A stretch of 64,000 nt of DNA from positions 1 through 64,000 of the forward strand of contig CAYYQL010000007.1 in the NCBI GenBank assembly GCA_964473825.1, given 5' to 3'. The translations under genes and the position numbers were made by a program. Every line of letters begins with the position of its first letter. The stretch's first letter is position 1. Below, in pieces: positions 19,141 to 29,200 of this stretch. Source of the stretch: an uncultured archaeon. Its GTDB lineage: Archaea; Asgardarchaeota; Thorarchaeia; Thorarchaeales; Thorarchaeaceae. The notes below the pieces were generated by a model. That model was not told the origin of the DNA and ran no database searches. It was given only the letters and a program-made list of their open reading frames with translations.

Positions 19141-20832
19141 GTGATTGAAATGGTACAGACGAAGGCTGCTGAAGAGGCGGAAACCGCTGAAACACCATCA
19201 TTTGTTGAAGAGGCCTATTTCTCAGGTGCAAGGATTGGGGAGGCGATTGATTGGGTCCTGAGCAGAAGAGATAGGGAGATCCACTGTGATGTGCAGGGAA
19301 AACTCACAACTTCTGGCGAAGAGGTAAGATTCACGGGACGAGTACTGAAAGTGAAGAAGGGTGTCCTCTCTAGGATGATTGCAGTGCTCGTAGAGGAGGA
19401 TCTTCGCAAGCGCAAGAGGACCCCTCTAGACAGCGTCTTGACTGTCGGCAGTGATACAACATCAACCCAAGATGTGGCGGCCATGCAGATCACAGTACAG
19501 AACTACCTCAAGAGAGACCTTGCTGATGATATGTTCTTCACTGGCCCTGAACTTCAACAGGCGGTAAAGGATGTCAATAAGAGGATAAAGGCCCATGAAA
19601 TATCTTGCACCGTCTGGGGGAAGAGGGCATCGGATAAATTACCTATCGTGATAAAGGGAGATCTCATTGGAGCGTCTGTCGGTCCAGCCCCAATTCTTCC
19701 AGAGGGGAATCTGGAGGTAAGAGTAGAACCAGAAGAGGGCGTTGGCAATCCTAAAATCTACCTTGTGGCACAACCGCAGTTTCTCTTTGGACCCAGATCC
19801 AATCCAAATCTGACTGTTCTTGCTCAAAAGGTCTACATCGAGCCCTATGCTTGGAAAGAGTCTCCCGCCTATCGAAACGTTCTGGAGGCGAGAAACCTCA
19901 CAGTTACTCTCAAGAGTGGGAAGACCATCATTGAGAACGTCACATTCTCTCTCAGAGAGGGAGAGATGCTAGCGGTGATTGGCGAGTCAGGTGCCGGCAA
20001 GTCTACCACCATCAAGGCGCTGATCGGGGATATTCCCTCAACCGGAGTTGCGAGGATAGCGGGGATAGACTCACGCAACGCACAGAGAGTTCGTTACTTC
20101 TTCGGATACTGCCCACAAGATCTTAGCTATCTCTATTCAACGTTCACGCCCTTGGAGAATATCGTGGCCTTCGGCAAACAGTACGATATTCCCGAGTGGC
20201 AGCTCATCAAGGAAGGAAAGACCCTACTGCGGGACTTCGGGATTCTTGAGAAAGGAAACAGCAAGACCAGCGAACTGAGTGGGGGACAACAGCGTCGAGT
20301 CTCTATTGCGGTCGCACTTGTACATCGTCCGAAGGTCCTGCTCATGGACGAACCAACAAGCGGCCTAGATCCTGATAACCGCAGTGAGCTCTGGCATTTC
20401 TTGGACTATATCAATCAGGAATATGGCACATCTATGGTTGTTATCACCCACTATCCCGTTGAGGCCGAGTTTTGTGACAAGGTTGCAGTCTTCATGCGAG
20501 GGAAAAGCCTCGTGGCATATGGCGCACCCAGTAGCTTGAAGGAATCGATGCCAAACCGAGGATTCGCTGTAGGCATTGTCCTTGAAGAAGTAGATCCTCG
20601 CGCCAGAAGAATCCTCGAGAACGTCAAGGGGGCTAAATTTGTCCTCCAGCGCGGCGAGCTTCTCAAGGTCTTCACAGAAGAACCGCTCCAAGTCATTGCC
20701 GAAAGATGCCTCACTGCATTAGAGCAGAGTGAAATCGGTGTGAAGATTGTCAAAACCAAGTCTGTCGCAGATATGGTTGACTATTACATCGCCGTCACAA
20801 GAGGGCTCATAACTGGTTTCATAGAGAAGTGA
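19141..20832 (+). CDS. ABC transporter ATPase with two N-terminal TrmB-C-like repeats
   Basis: GESGAGKST, YCPQ, LSGGQ, LLMDEP, ITH all intact; ~240-aa N-terminal extension made of two related repeats. Confidence 0.88.
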   Translation: MIEMVQTKAAEEAETAETPSFVEEAYFSGARIGEAIDWVLSRRDREIHCDVQGKLTTSGEEVRFTGRVLKVKKGVLSRMIAVLVEEDLRKRKRTPLDSVLTVGSDTTSTQDVAAMQITVQNYLKRDLADDMFFTGPELQQAVKDVNKRIKAHEISCTVWGKRASDKLPIVIKGDLIGASVGPAPILPEGNLEVRVEPEEGVGNPKIYLVAQPQFLFGPRSNPNLTVLAQKVYIEPYAWKESPAYRNVLEARNLTVTLKSGKTIIENVTFSLREGEMLAVIGESGAGKSTTIKALIGDIPSTGVARIAGIDSRNAQRVRYFFGYCPQDLSYLYSTFTPLENIVAFGKQYDIPEWQLIKEGKTLLRDFGILEKGNSKTSELSGGQQRRVSIAVALVHRPKVLLMDEPTSGLDPDNRSELWHFLDYINQEYGTSMVVITHYPVEAEFCDKVAVFMRGKSLVAYGAPSSLKESMPNRGFAVGIVLEEVDPRARRILENVKGAKFVLQRGELLKVFTEEPLQVIAERCLTALEQSEIGVKIVKTKSVADMVDYYIAVTRGLITGFIEK

Positions 20833-20836
20833 TGAG

Positions 20837-23800
20837 ATGGTTAGAGCAAGTCGTAAGATAGATCTGACACTTCGAAAATTCGTTACAATACTTCTGATTG
20901 CATCGCTGTTGGTCGGCACACTAGGCAGTGCCATGCCTGTCATTCCAAATATGACTGGAGAGCCATCACCAGATCCCTTGACTAAGATTGACAACAGACT
21001 TGTGGACAAGATAGGCTCTGAAGAACATGTTGACGTGCTTGTCAGCTACGATGATGGAATTGACGAACTGAAGGCAAAGAGTGCAATAAGACTGGTCGAC
21101 CAGACGGCCGACTTTGTCAACGCCTTTGCTTCAATGAATATGATCAGGGTTCGCCTGCTTGCAAGGTCAATCCCAGTGCTAGCAAGAGAGAGTTATATCA
21201 CAAAGATTTGGTCTAATGAAGTCAGCCAAGTCAACGACAGCAACCAGACCAGTTTCAGACCCGCAAGCACAGATGAATATACTTCTCCTGTTGATATGAT
21301 AGGAGCAAGAGACCTCTGGGAACAGGGGTATAATGGAACGGGGGTTGTTGTCGCAGTCCTAGGAACAGGAATCGACTTCCTTCATCCTGACCTGGACGAC
21401 TTTGACGATGACGAGAACACAACCGATTCGAAGGTCACAGCATTCGCATCCTTCGTGGAGGGGGACGCTCTACCAGTTGACATCATAGGCCACGGCACTT
21501 ACGCCGCCTCAATTCTGGCAGGAACAGGTAACAAATCAGATGGTCGCTATCAGGGAGTCGCCCCGGGAGTAACTTTGCTGTCAGCGAAGGTCACCTTAGG
21601 GGGGTTATTTGCAGCACCGAGCTGGATAGTATCGGGAATAGAATGGGCATGTTCACGAGGAGCAGATATCATCCTTTTGCCCTTCAATACATTCGGTTCT
21701 CCAGGAGATGCTGTTGCAAAGGCCATTGAAGTGGCATCTGAGAAGGGAATCCTGGTTGTAGCAGCTGCGGGCGATGATGGCCCAGATTACCTCACCATTC
21801 TATCACCGGGGGGATCTGCAGCAGCTCTCACTGTTGGAGCATATGACTGGAGCTCCGAAGAGATTCCTAGTTTCTCAGGAAGGGGCCCCAGCCTCGACAT
21901 GAACGCGAAACCCGATCTTGTCGCACCGGGAGTTGGGATTATAGGTGCTAGGGCTGGAGCAGGTTTGGCCACACTTGGACTTGGCGATTTCAACTTGGAT
22001 GACCTTGGTCAGCTTTCGTCACTACTAGGAGGAGGCTTGGGAGAGGCTGTAGACGACTTCTACATCCAAGCAGATACGACAGCTGCGTCCGCGTCCATTG
22101 TCGCAGGTGCTGCTGCTATTCTCCTGCAAGCATTCGACAGAGCAACACCAATTGTGATTTCAAACGTCCTCAGAGATACTGCGACATCATTGGACTATGG
22201 AGCTAACGATGCTGGAGCAGGACTGCTGAACCTCCCAGAAGCTTTCGCACATCTTATGACCAAGCAAGAACCCATCGAACCCCTCAACCGGACCACCGGA
22301 ACTCCCCTCCTCGCCTTCGGAATCGTGTCCGCTCAGGGTCAAGACGCGAGTACTACCATGCTGATGAGTAGTTTCGGGACTATGGTGGTTGCTCTAGATC
22401 AGAGAGGTGAGGAGAATCCAGATACACACCTGTTGATGGGCATGTTCTCGCTGAGATGGAACAATCACGACCCAATGAATCTCATGATGTTTGATGTGAA
22501 AAGAGAACTCCATCAGGTCAATGTAGCAGGAGAGACTGACAACTACAATCGCCACATAGGAGTGCTCTCCTATGAAGATGAGATATACGTGATCTTCCTT
22601 GTTGAGTCGTACAATCTGACATTGACAACTAGCGAACCCCTAACAGGATTCAAGATAACTCCCTTCATCTTGAATATAGGGTCGACGCCCATAACTAACG
22701 TCAGCCTATTCCTCTCCTACTCTCTCGACATATACCTAGATGACAGAGAGGACCACGGCAAATACGCTCTCAATAATCAGCAGCTGTTTGCATATTCTCA
22801 ATCGGCGGATCTTCGGGCTTTCTACTTCGGCCTCAACTCAAGCCGACCGCTTGACGCATTCGAGGTGGGCAATTCATCGGAGATAAGCTCACATGTCGCC
22901 AACGACAATCTAACCGGAAGCACGACATTTGACGGCAGTGTGGGGCTTGGGATGAAATGGCACTTTGGAACAGTTGAGCCAAATAGCCCCGTCAATGTCA
23001 CTCTGGCCCTGGGATTTGCAGAGAATCGAACGTACCTCGACAGATCAATTCGAACTATGTGGGAGCTTGGGCCCTCGCCACAGATGGCCTCGCGTGGTGA
23101 TTTGATTGTGATTGAGGCAGACTTGCCACGGGTAGCGAGGGTTGACCAGAACTACCAATCCAGAGCAATCATCATGAACATCGGAACTGAACCAAGTTCA
23201 GCAGTAGCAGCCCTCATTGTTGGTCGCGGAGAGGAGAACAAGGGAAACCTCTTCTCAACCTTTTACAGCTTCGAAGAAGTAGAGCCCTTCCATGCAGAGG
23301 TCTTGGAGGCAGAATGGAGCCCCGAACGAGAGGGGATGTTCAGGGCAGCATGGGTTGTCGCTGCAGGTATTGGACAAGCCATCACCTTATTCCAGAATCC
23401 GGCAGAATTGCTCACATCAATTGGCGTCAGTCTTCTCGACGACTTCTTGATCAGAGACCTCTTCGTGGTGACACCTATCCAGTCGGTTTCGGTCTTTCCG
23501 AAGAATGTGCCCTATGCGCCGTTTGACATCCGTTTTCCAGCAGATTTCGGAATCTACGGGCTAACACTCTATTCTACCATACCTCTGGGTAACCTCACTG
23601 TACAGAAAGATGGAAATGCAACTGAATGGGGAGATATGACTCTCACACCCATGGCTAGTGTACAAGGTTACTACAATTTCTCATTGTTTCTGTTCGTGCC
23701 GCCTATCACCGTGGACGGCTTTCACTATTGTAACTACACGCTAGTTACAGAACAGGGATGGACCACAACTATCACCCTCCATTCCACGCTAAGATACCCG

Positions 23801-25231
23801 CGAGCCATGATTCTTATCGATGGTTCCCATGGAGGAGGGCTTGGTGCACTAGGGGGATTTGATATTGGAGGACAAGCCGACATGGGCCTTGGGGGAGACA
23901 CGGGAGGCGGCGGGTTCCCACTGTCTCAGGACTCAGATGATATAACTGACATGGAATTCAGTCTGACAGAACTCGATAGTCTGGAGTCATTGACTGACCT
24001 TCTTGAGGCCTTTCGGCTCACAACCTTCTCTGGGTTGTCCGAGATGAAGAAACGTATGGCACAAGAGGGGTTGGACCTTGTGGAAACGCCTGGTATCGAA
24101 CCGAATGAGGAGTTATTGTCTCAGTTCTCGGGAGTGCTCATATTCAGCCCTACAGAGATTTTCAACTCAACCCATATCAGCATTCTACGGAACTTCACAT
24201 CGAACGGTGGGAAGCTGGTCGTTTTTGGTGACTATGAGGACAGAACAAATCTGACCGCCCTCAACCCGCTGCTGGAAACCTACGGCTACCACATGGCAGG
24301 TAAACATGAACAAGAGAATACCACGGAAATCGTTGAAGGGAATCTTCTCTCACAGGGACTCGAGTCGTTATGGCTCGGCGGGGGAACGTATATCTATAAC
24401 AACCAGTCACAGGCGGCTGTCACTCTTGACGGAAGGCCCGTGGTGCTTCTAGACGAGTCAGTACCTCAGATCTGTATGTTTGGTTCGTCGCGCATATTCA
24501 TGAACAAAAACCTGCCCAAATGTAGCAACTCAAGACTCCTGGATAACCTGAACATCTTCTTCCTGGAAAATACTCTGACCACAGAGACCAGCCTTGCTGA
24601 GAATAGGACTCTCTACCCTGTGGGCAAGAGCGTCTATCTCAATCTCAAAGTCACCGATTACTACGGAAATCCCGTAGATGACCTGTTTATTGCAATTGCA
24701 TTTGAGCTACCAAATGGGAATCTTACATTCTTCATTGCAGGTTTCATCCAGGATGGCCTCTACTCATCGCAATTCGCTCCTAGTTACTGGAATGACGAAG
24801 GCAGGATAAACGGGATATTTATCATCCTCAGCGACAAGGATTACGCAGGCACCTATGCGAGTATTAGTTTCGAGTTTTACAAGCCCGAACCAACCACCGG
24901 TCCAATTACAGAACCGGATTTCCTTACATTAGCTGAGGTGGCATTTATCAGCGCTATTGGTGGCTTCGGAGCCTTGATTGTTGGGCTGATTTGGAACAGA
25001 CGAAGAAGGAGCAAGGCTTACCGCATTCCCGAACTGGATGGCAATCTTGTCCAGAACATCGACAATGCTCTAAACACGCTCCTTGCCGCCTTCATCCAGA
25101 TTGAAGAACTCATCAAGAGAGAGGACATGGATCGTATCGAAAAGGTGGAGAGCATCAGGGGAATGATGAAAGGTCTCGAACGTGCACACAAGGAGTTCGA
25201 GCGAGTCAGCAATGAGGTTGGAGGCGTCTAG
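20837..25231 (+). CDS. Membrane-anchored S8 subtilase-like pseudoprotease with GIFT (GldG/IFT52-like) domain
   Basis: Signal peptide, I9-like prodomain, S8 scaffold (VAVLGTGID, GHGTYAASILAG, AAAGDDG, FSGRGP, KPDLVAPG, DTTAASASIVAGAAA) with catalytic Asp and Ser replaced; GIFT-like region; TM followed by RRRR; helical cytoplasmic tail. Confidence 0.8.
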   Translation: MVRASRKIDLTLRKFVTILLIASLLVGTLGSAMPVIPNMTGEPSPDPLTKIDNRLVDKIGSEEHVDVLVSYDDGIDELKAKSAIRLVDQTADFVNAFASMNMIRVRLLARSIPVLARESYITKIWSNEVSQVNDSNQTSFRPASTDEYTSPVDMIGARDLWEQGYNGTGVVVAVLGTGIDFLHPDLDDFDDDENTTDSKVTAFASFVEGDALPVDIIGHGTYAASILAGTGNKSDGRYQGVAPGVTLLSAKVTLGGLFAAPSWIVSGIEWACSRGADIILLPFNTFGSPGDAVAKAIEVASEKGILVVAAAGDDGPDYLTILSPGGSAAALTVGAYDWSSEEIPSFSGRGPSLDMNAKPDLVAPGVGIIGARAGAGLATLGLGDFNLDDLGQLSSLLGGGLGEAVDDFYIQADTTAASASIVAGAAAILLQAFDRATPIVISNVLRDTATSLDYGANDAGAGLLNLPEAFAHLMTKQEPIEPLNRTTGTPLLAFGIVSAQGQDASTTMLMSSFGTMVVALDQRGEENPDTHLLMGMFSLRWNNHDPMNLMMFDVKRELHQVNVAGETDNYNRHIGVLSYEDEIYVIFLVESYNLTLTTSEPLTGFKITPFILNIGSTPITNVSLFLSYSLDIYLDDREDHGKYALNNQQLFAYSQSADLRAFYFGLNSSRPLDAFEVGNSSEISSHVANDNLTGSTTFDGSVGLGMKWHFGTVEPNSPVNVTLALGFAENRTYLDRSIRTMWELGPSPQMASRGDLIVIEADLPRVARVDQNYQSRAIIMNIGTEPSSAVAALIVGRGEENKGNLFSTFYSFEEVEPFHAEVLEAEWSPEREGMFRAAWVVAAGIGQAITLFQNPAELLTSIGVSLLDDFLIRDLFVVTPIQSVSVFPKNVPYAPFDIRFPADFGIYGLTLYSTIPLGNLTVQKDGNATEWGDMTLTPMASVQGYYNFSLFLFVPPITVDGFHYCNYTLVTEQGWTTTITLHSTLRYPRAMILIDGSHGGGLGALGGFDIGGQADMGLGGDTGGGGFPLSQDSDDITDMEFSLTELDSLESLTDLLEAFRLTTFSGLSEMKKRMAQEGLDLVETPGIEPNEELLSQFSGVLIFSPTEIFNSTHISILRNFTSNGGKLVVFGDYEDRTNLTALNPLLETYGYHMAGKHEQENTTEIVEGNLLSQGLESLWLGGGTYIYNNQSQAAVTLDGRPVVLLDESVPQICMFGSSRIFMNKNLPKCSNSRLLDNLNIFFLENTLTTETSLAENRTLYPVGKSVYLNLKVTDYYGNPVDDLFIAIAFELPNGNLTFFIAGFIQDGLYSSQFAPSYWNDEGRINGIFIILSDKDYAGTYASISFEFYKPEPTTGPITEPDFLTLAEVAFISAIGGFGALIVGLIWNRRRRSKAYRIPELDGNLVQNIDNALNTLLAAFIQIEELIKREDMDRIEKVESIRGMMKGLERAHKEFERVSNEVGGV

Positions 25232-26218
25232 ATGAGCAAGCATCCAAAGAGAGAGATTGACATCCAAGACCTCAAAGTTGCCTTTGGTGATTTCTACGCG
25301 CTCAAGGGGGTCTCCTTCTATGCCAACAAGAAGGAGTTTCTGGGGATTATCGGTGCTTCTGGAGCAGGCAAGACCACGGTCTTGCGGGTGCTTACGGGTC
25401 AGATTGGGCCCACCGACGGTCAGGCATGGGTGGGCGGATACGATGTGACCAAGAAGAGAGATCTCATCAGTCTACTAGTGGGCTATGTACCCCAGCTTGA
25501 GCATCTCTCTCTATACTACGACTTCTCCCCAATCCAGAATGCGAAGTTTCTTGGGCGTTGCTTTGGCATGAAGCCAAAGGATATAGAAAACAAAGCACGA
25601 GAGATACTTGCCATTCTGGGTTTTGACGAGGATCTTATGACAAGACGGGTGAGTCGACTGTCAGGAGGAGAGAGAAAGAGGGTCTCGATTTGCCTCGGGA
25701 TGATCCACAGCCCTGTTCTATTACTCCTTGATGAGCCGACAACCGGGCTTGACGCGCACCTTCGACACGAGACGCTCAACTATCTCAAGGAACTGAACTT
25801 CGAACTCGGCACCACCATGGTAATCATAAGCCATGATCTTGAGATTGTAGACTACTGTACCAGAGTCGTACTTCTTGAGGATGGCCTCGTGAGCCAATTC
25901 GGATCTCCCGAGGAACTCATCTCGACACTACCCGGTGAGGGAGAGGCGATCAGACTCGTCCTTCCAAGCCTATCGCCCGAGATTGTGGAACGCGTGGAGT
26001 CAATACCGGGAGTCAGGTTCACTGCAATGGCCGGACGGAATACGCTGAAGCTGTTCATGCAAGACCCAGACAAGCAGATCCTTCCAATCATCAAATACCT
26101 GAACAATATCAACATACCATTCAGTGAACTAAGCGCCGTCGAAGCTGATTTCTTTGATTTCTTTCAAGTCAAGCCCTGGAAGCACCAGGCAAAGGCCTCT
26201 GGAGGAGGAGAACTATGA
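25232..26218 (+). CDS. ABC transporter ATPase (DrrA/CcmA-like)
   Basis: GASGAGKTT, YVPQ, LSGGE, LLLLDEP, ISHD. Confidence 0.9.
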   Translation: MSKHPKREIDIQDLKVAFGDFYALKGVSFYANKKEFLGIIGASGAGKTTVLRVLTGQIGPTDGQAWVGGYDVTKKRDLISLLVGYVPQLEHLSLYYDFSPIQNAKFLGRCFGMKPKDIENKAREILAILGFDEDLMTRRVSRLSGGERKRVSICLGMIHSPVLLLLDEPTTGLDAHLRHETLNYLKELNFELGTTMVIISHDLEIVDYCTRVVLLEDGLVSQFGSPEELISTLPGEGEAIRLVLPSLSPEIVERVESIPGVRFTAMAGRNTLKLFMQDPDKQILPIIKYLNNINIPFSELSAVEADFFDFFQVKPWKHQAKASGGGEL

Positions 26219-29200
26219 AGAGATACTATGTTGTTTTAGCACTAGCTGTTGCATGCATGATGTTCTGTTTTGGGAATCCGGTGGGGGATTCGGGCCTCAT
26301 GGGCGGGTTCAGGCCACAACCTATCGGGAGAATGGAGAAGGCTGCAATAGCACCATTTGAAACGGCGCTTGTATGGTCCAATAATACTGGTGACCAGGTG
26401 AATGGGATTGCTGTCGGAGAGTTTGATGCTGATGGCTATCACGAGACAGCCGTGATCACACAGAATGGTACACTCTACATGTTCGAAGAGAATGGAACCA
26501 AGGCGTGGCAGATGAGTCTCGGGGCCGCACCCTACTCCATAACGACAGTCACAGCAGACCTCACGATTCCTGAGGAGCTGCTCATTGGCACGTCAAACGG
26601 AATTCTTCTGATTGCAGCCAACCAATCAGTGTTACTGAATCTGACCATGGACGACGCTGTACGAGCCGTTGCGGGAGCCGACCTCGACGGGGACGCGCTT
26701 CAGGAAATTGTCGCTGGCTCAGATGATTCTCGGGTATACGCGTACAGCATCACGGGTACACAGCTGTGGAACTACACCAGCAACTCGTTTGTGCGGCAAC
26801 TGGACGTTGCAGACTACGACCAGGACTCTCGAGATGAGATACTTGTCGCCTCGCAGTTAAGGCGATTGTCCCTGCTGGATCACGATGGCGGCGTGCTTCT
26901 CGAAAAGAACCTTCCCAGTTCAGTCACAGGCATCGGCAGCGGGGACTTGAGTGGGTCAGCCGACCTCGAAGCAGTCTGTATAGACAGTGGGGGGTCTCTA
27001 CGGGCATACTTCATCAACGGCACACCTGCCCTCTCTGTGGATGTTGGTGAATCACTCTCAGCTATTGAAGTGGGGCAACTGCAGGTGGGGGGATACGATG
27101 AGATAGCAGTTGGGACGATAACGGGACAACTCAGGATTCTCAATGCCACCGGCAACCTGCTCTGGAACAGAACCCTTGGGGGAGAGGTGAACGCAATCGT
27201 GTTCGCGAATATCGGCGCGCTTGCAACCAACCAAATACTCTCTGCAATTGACGGGGAGGTGAACCTGCGAAATGCAACAGGGTACCAGATCTCAGACTCG
27301 AGTCTGGTGGGCTTCAGTGATATCCTGGCTGTAGGAGACCTTGACGGTAGTGGAAAGCAGGAATTTGCGATGGGTTCCAATACGGGCACAGTGAATGTGT
27401 ACGGAAAGGACTCCGACAAGGATGGTCTCGCTGATGCCAGGGAGACTCTGATCGTGGGCACTCTGTGGAACGATAGCGACACCGACAGTGACGGACTGAG
27501 TGACGGGGAAGAGGTCTTGGAATATGGCACGGATCCGTTGGACCCTGATTCTGACGGTGATGGCCTGAGCGACTTCGCCGAAGTGATAACGTATGGTACC
27601 GACCCGAACTCACCAGACTCCGACGGCGATGGTCTCACAGACTGGCAGGAAGTGTATCTGGGAACCGACCCGAACCTGGCCGATACCGACGGGGATGGAT
27701 TGACAGATTACGAGGAGAACAATGTCACGAAGACCTCACCCACCATGGCCGATTCAAACGGGAACGGCATCAACGATGCACAGGACGACAATGATGGTGA
27801 TGGTCTCACCAATATTCAGGAAGTTCGTATAACACTAACCGATCCCAATGACGTTGACACCAATAACAACGGGATATCAGACTACTATGATGACGAGGAT
27901 GGTGATGGCCTGGCTAACTGGAAGGAGATCGAGCTCGGAACAGGCGTCCATAATCCAGACAGCGACGGAGACGGCCTCCTCGACGGGGAAGAGGTGAAGA
28001 CGTACAAGACAGACCCGCTCGACGAGGACACAGACGGGGATGGTCTCACAGACTACGAAGAAGTGAAGATTGTTGGCTCGGACCCGACAAAGAGTGATAC
28101 AGACGGAGATGGATTGAACGATTTCGAGGAGTATGTCACCTATGGGACAAATGTGACCAATAGTGATACCGATTCAGATGGACTTACTGACTACGATGAA
28201 ATCATGATTTACAATACGGACCCTTTGGAAGCAGACTCGGATGTCGATGGCATAAGTGACGGTGATGAGGTTCTCACATACGAAACGGACCCGAATTCAC
28301 TAGACACAGACCTCGATCAGCTCAGTGATTATGACGAGATATTCATCTACAACACGGATCCTCTGAGGGCAGATACAGACGGAGATGGACTGGATGACTA
28401 TGCGGAGGTCATGGTGTGGGGCACTGACCCAAACAATGTTGATACAGACGGGGACGGGATTCTAGACAAAGATGAGGTTGATTTCTATCCAACATTCAAC
28501 GCAACCAACGCATACAACTTCAATGACACCATCAATGACTATGAGTGGGACACGGATGGCGACGGTCTGTGGAACGGCCATGAGTTCTATCTGACCAGAA
28601 CCAACCCCAACCGAACCGATTCGGACTTGGACGGAGTTCCCGATGACCAAGAGGATTTGGACCTTGATGGTCTCACAAACTATGAAGAGTTGTATGTCTA
28701 TGGAACGCATCCGCGTCGGCCAGATACTGATGGAGAGGGAGTGAAGGATGGAGATGAGGTTCTTATTCTTGGAACAGACCCTCTTGACACCGATTCGAAC
28801 GACAATGGTGTCAGCGATTATGACGAGGACTTCGATCGAGATGGTCTGAGTAATGGAGTTGAGCTCTACATCACAGAGACTGATCCACTCAACGCCTACA
28901 CCCACGGCCCCAGTGAACCCCGCGACGATATGTACGACTCTGATGGCGATGGACTTCCCAACTGGTTTGAAGTCGAGATGACCGGGACAGACCCACTGTA
29001 TGATGATTCCAATGACAATGGTATTCTAGATGGCGATGAAGACCCCGATGTTGATGGTCTCACAAACTACGAGGAATACTTGGCAGGTACCGACCCTCTC
29101 AACGAAGACACTGACGCCGACGGCCTGACAGATTATGAAGAAGTAATGCTGACACTGACAGACCCACTAGACCCCGATAGTGATGATGATGGTATAAACG

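Noticed and set aside
20837-25231. Active subtilisin or S53 sedolisin (Asp at the oxyanion position)
   Set aside because: The nucleophile Ser position is Ala and the His motif is subtilisin-type, so neither triad is complete.
26880-27638. 252-aa Ser/Pro-rich minus-strand ORF and similar ORFs across the giant gene
   Set aside because: Expected antisense read-out of Asp/Gly codons (PSPSxS patterns).
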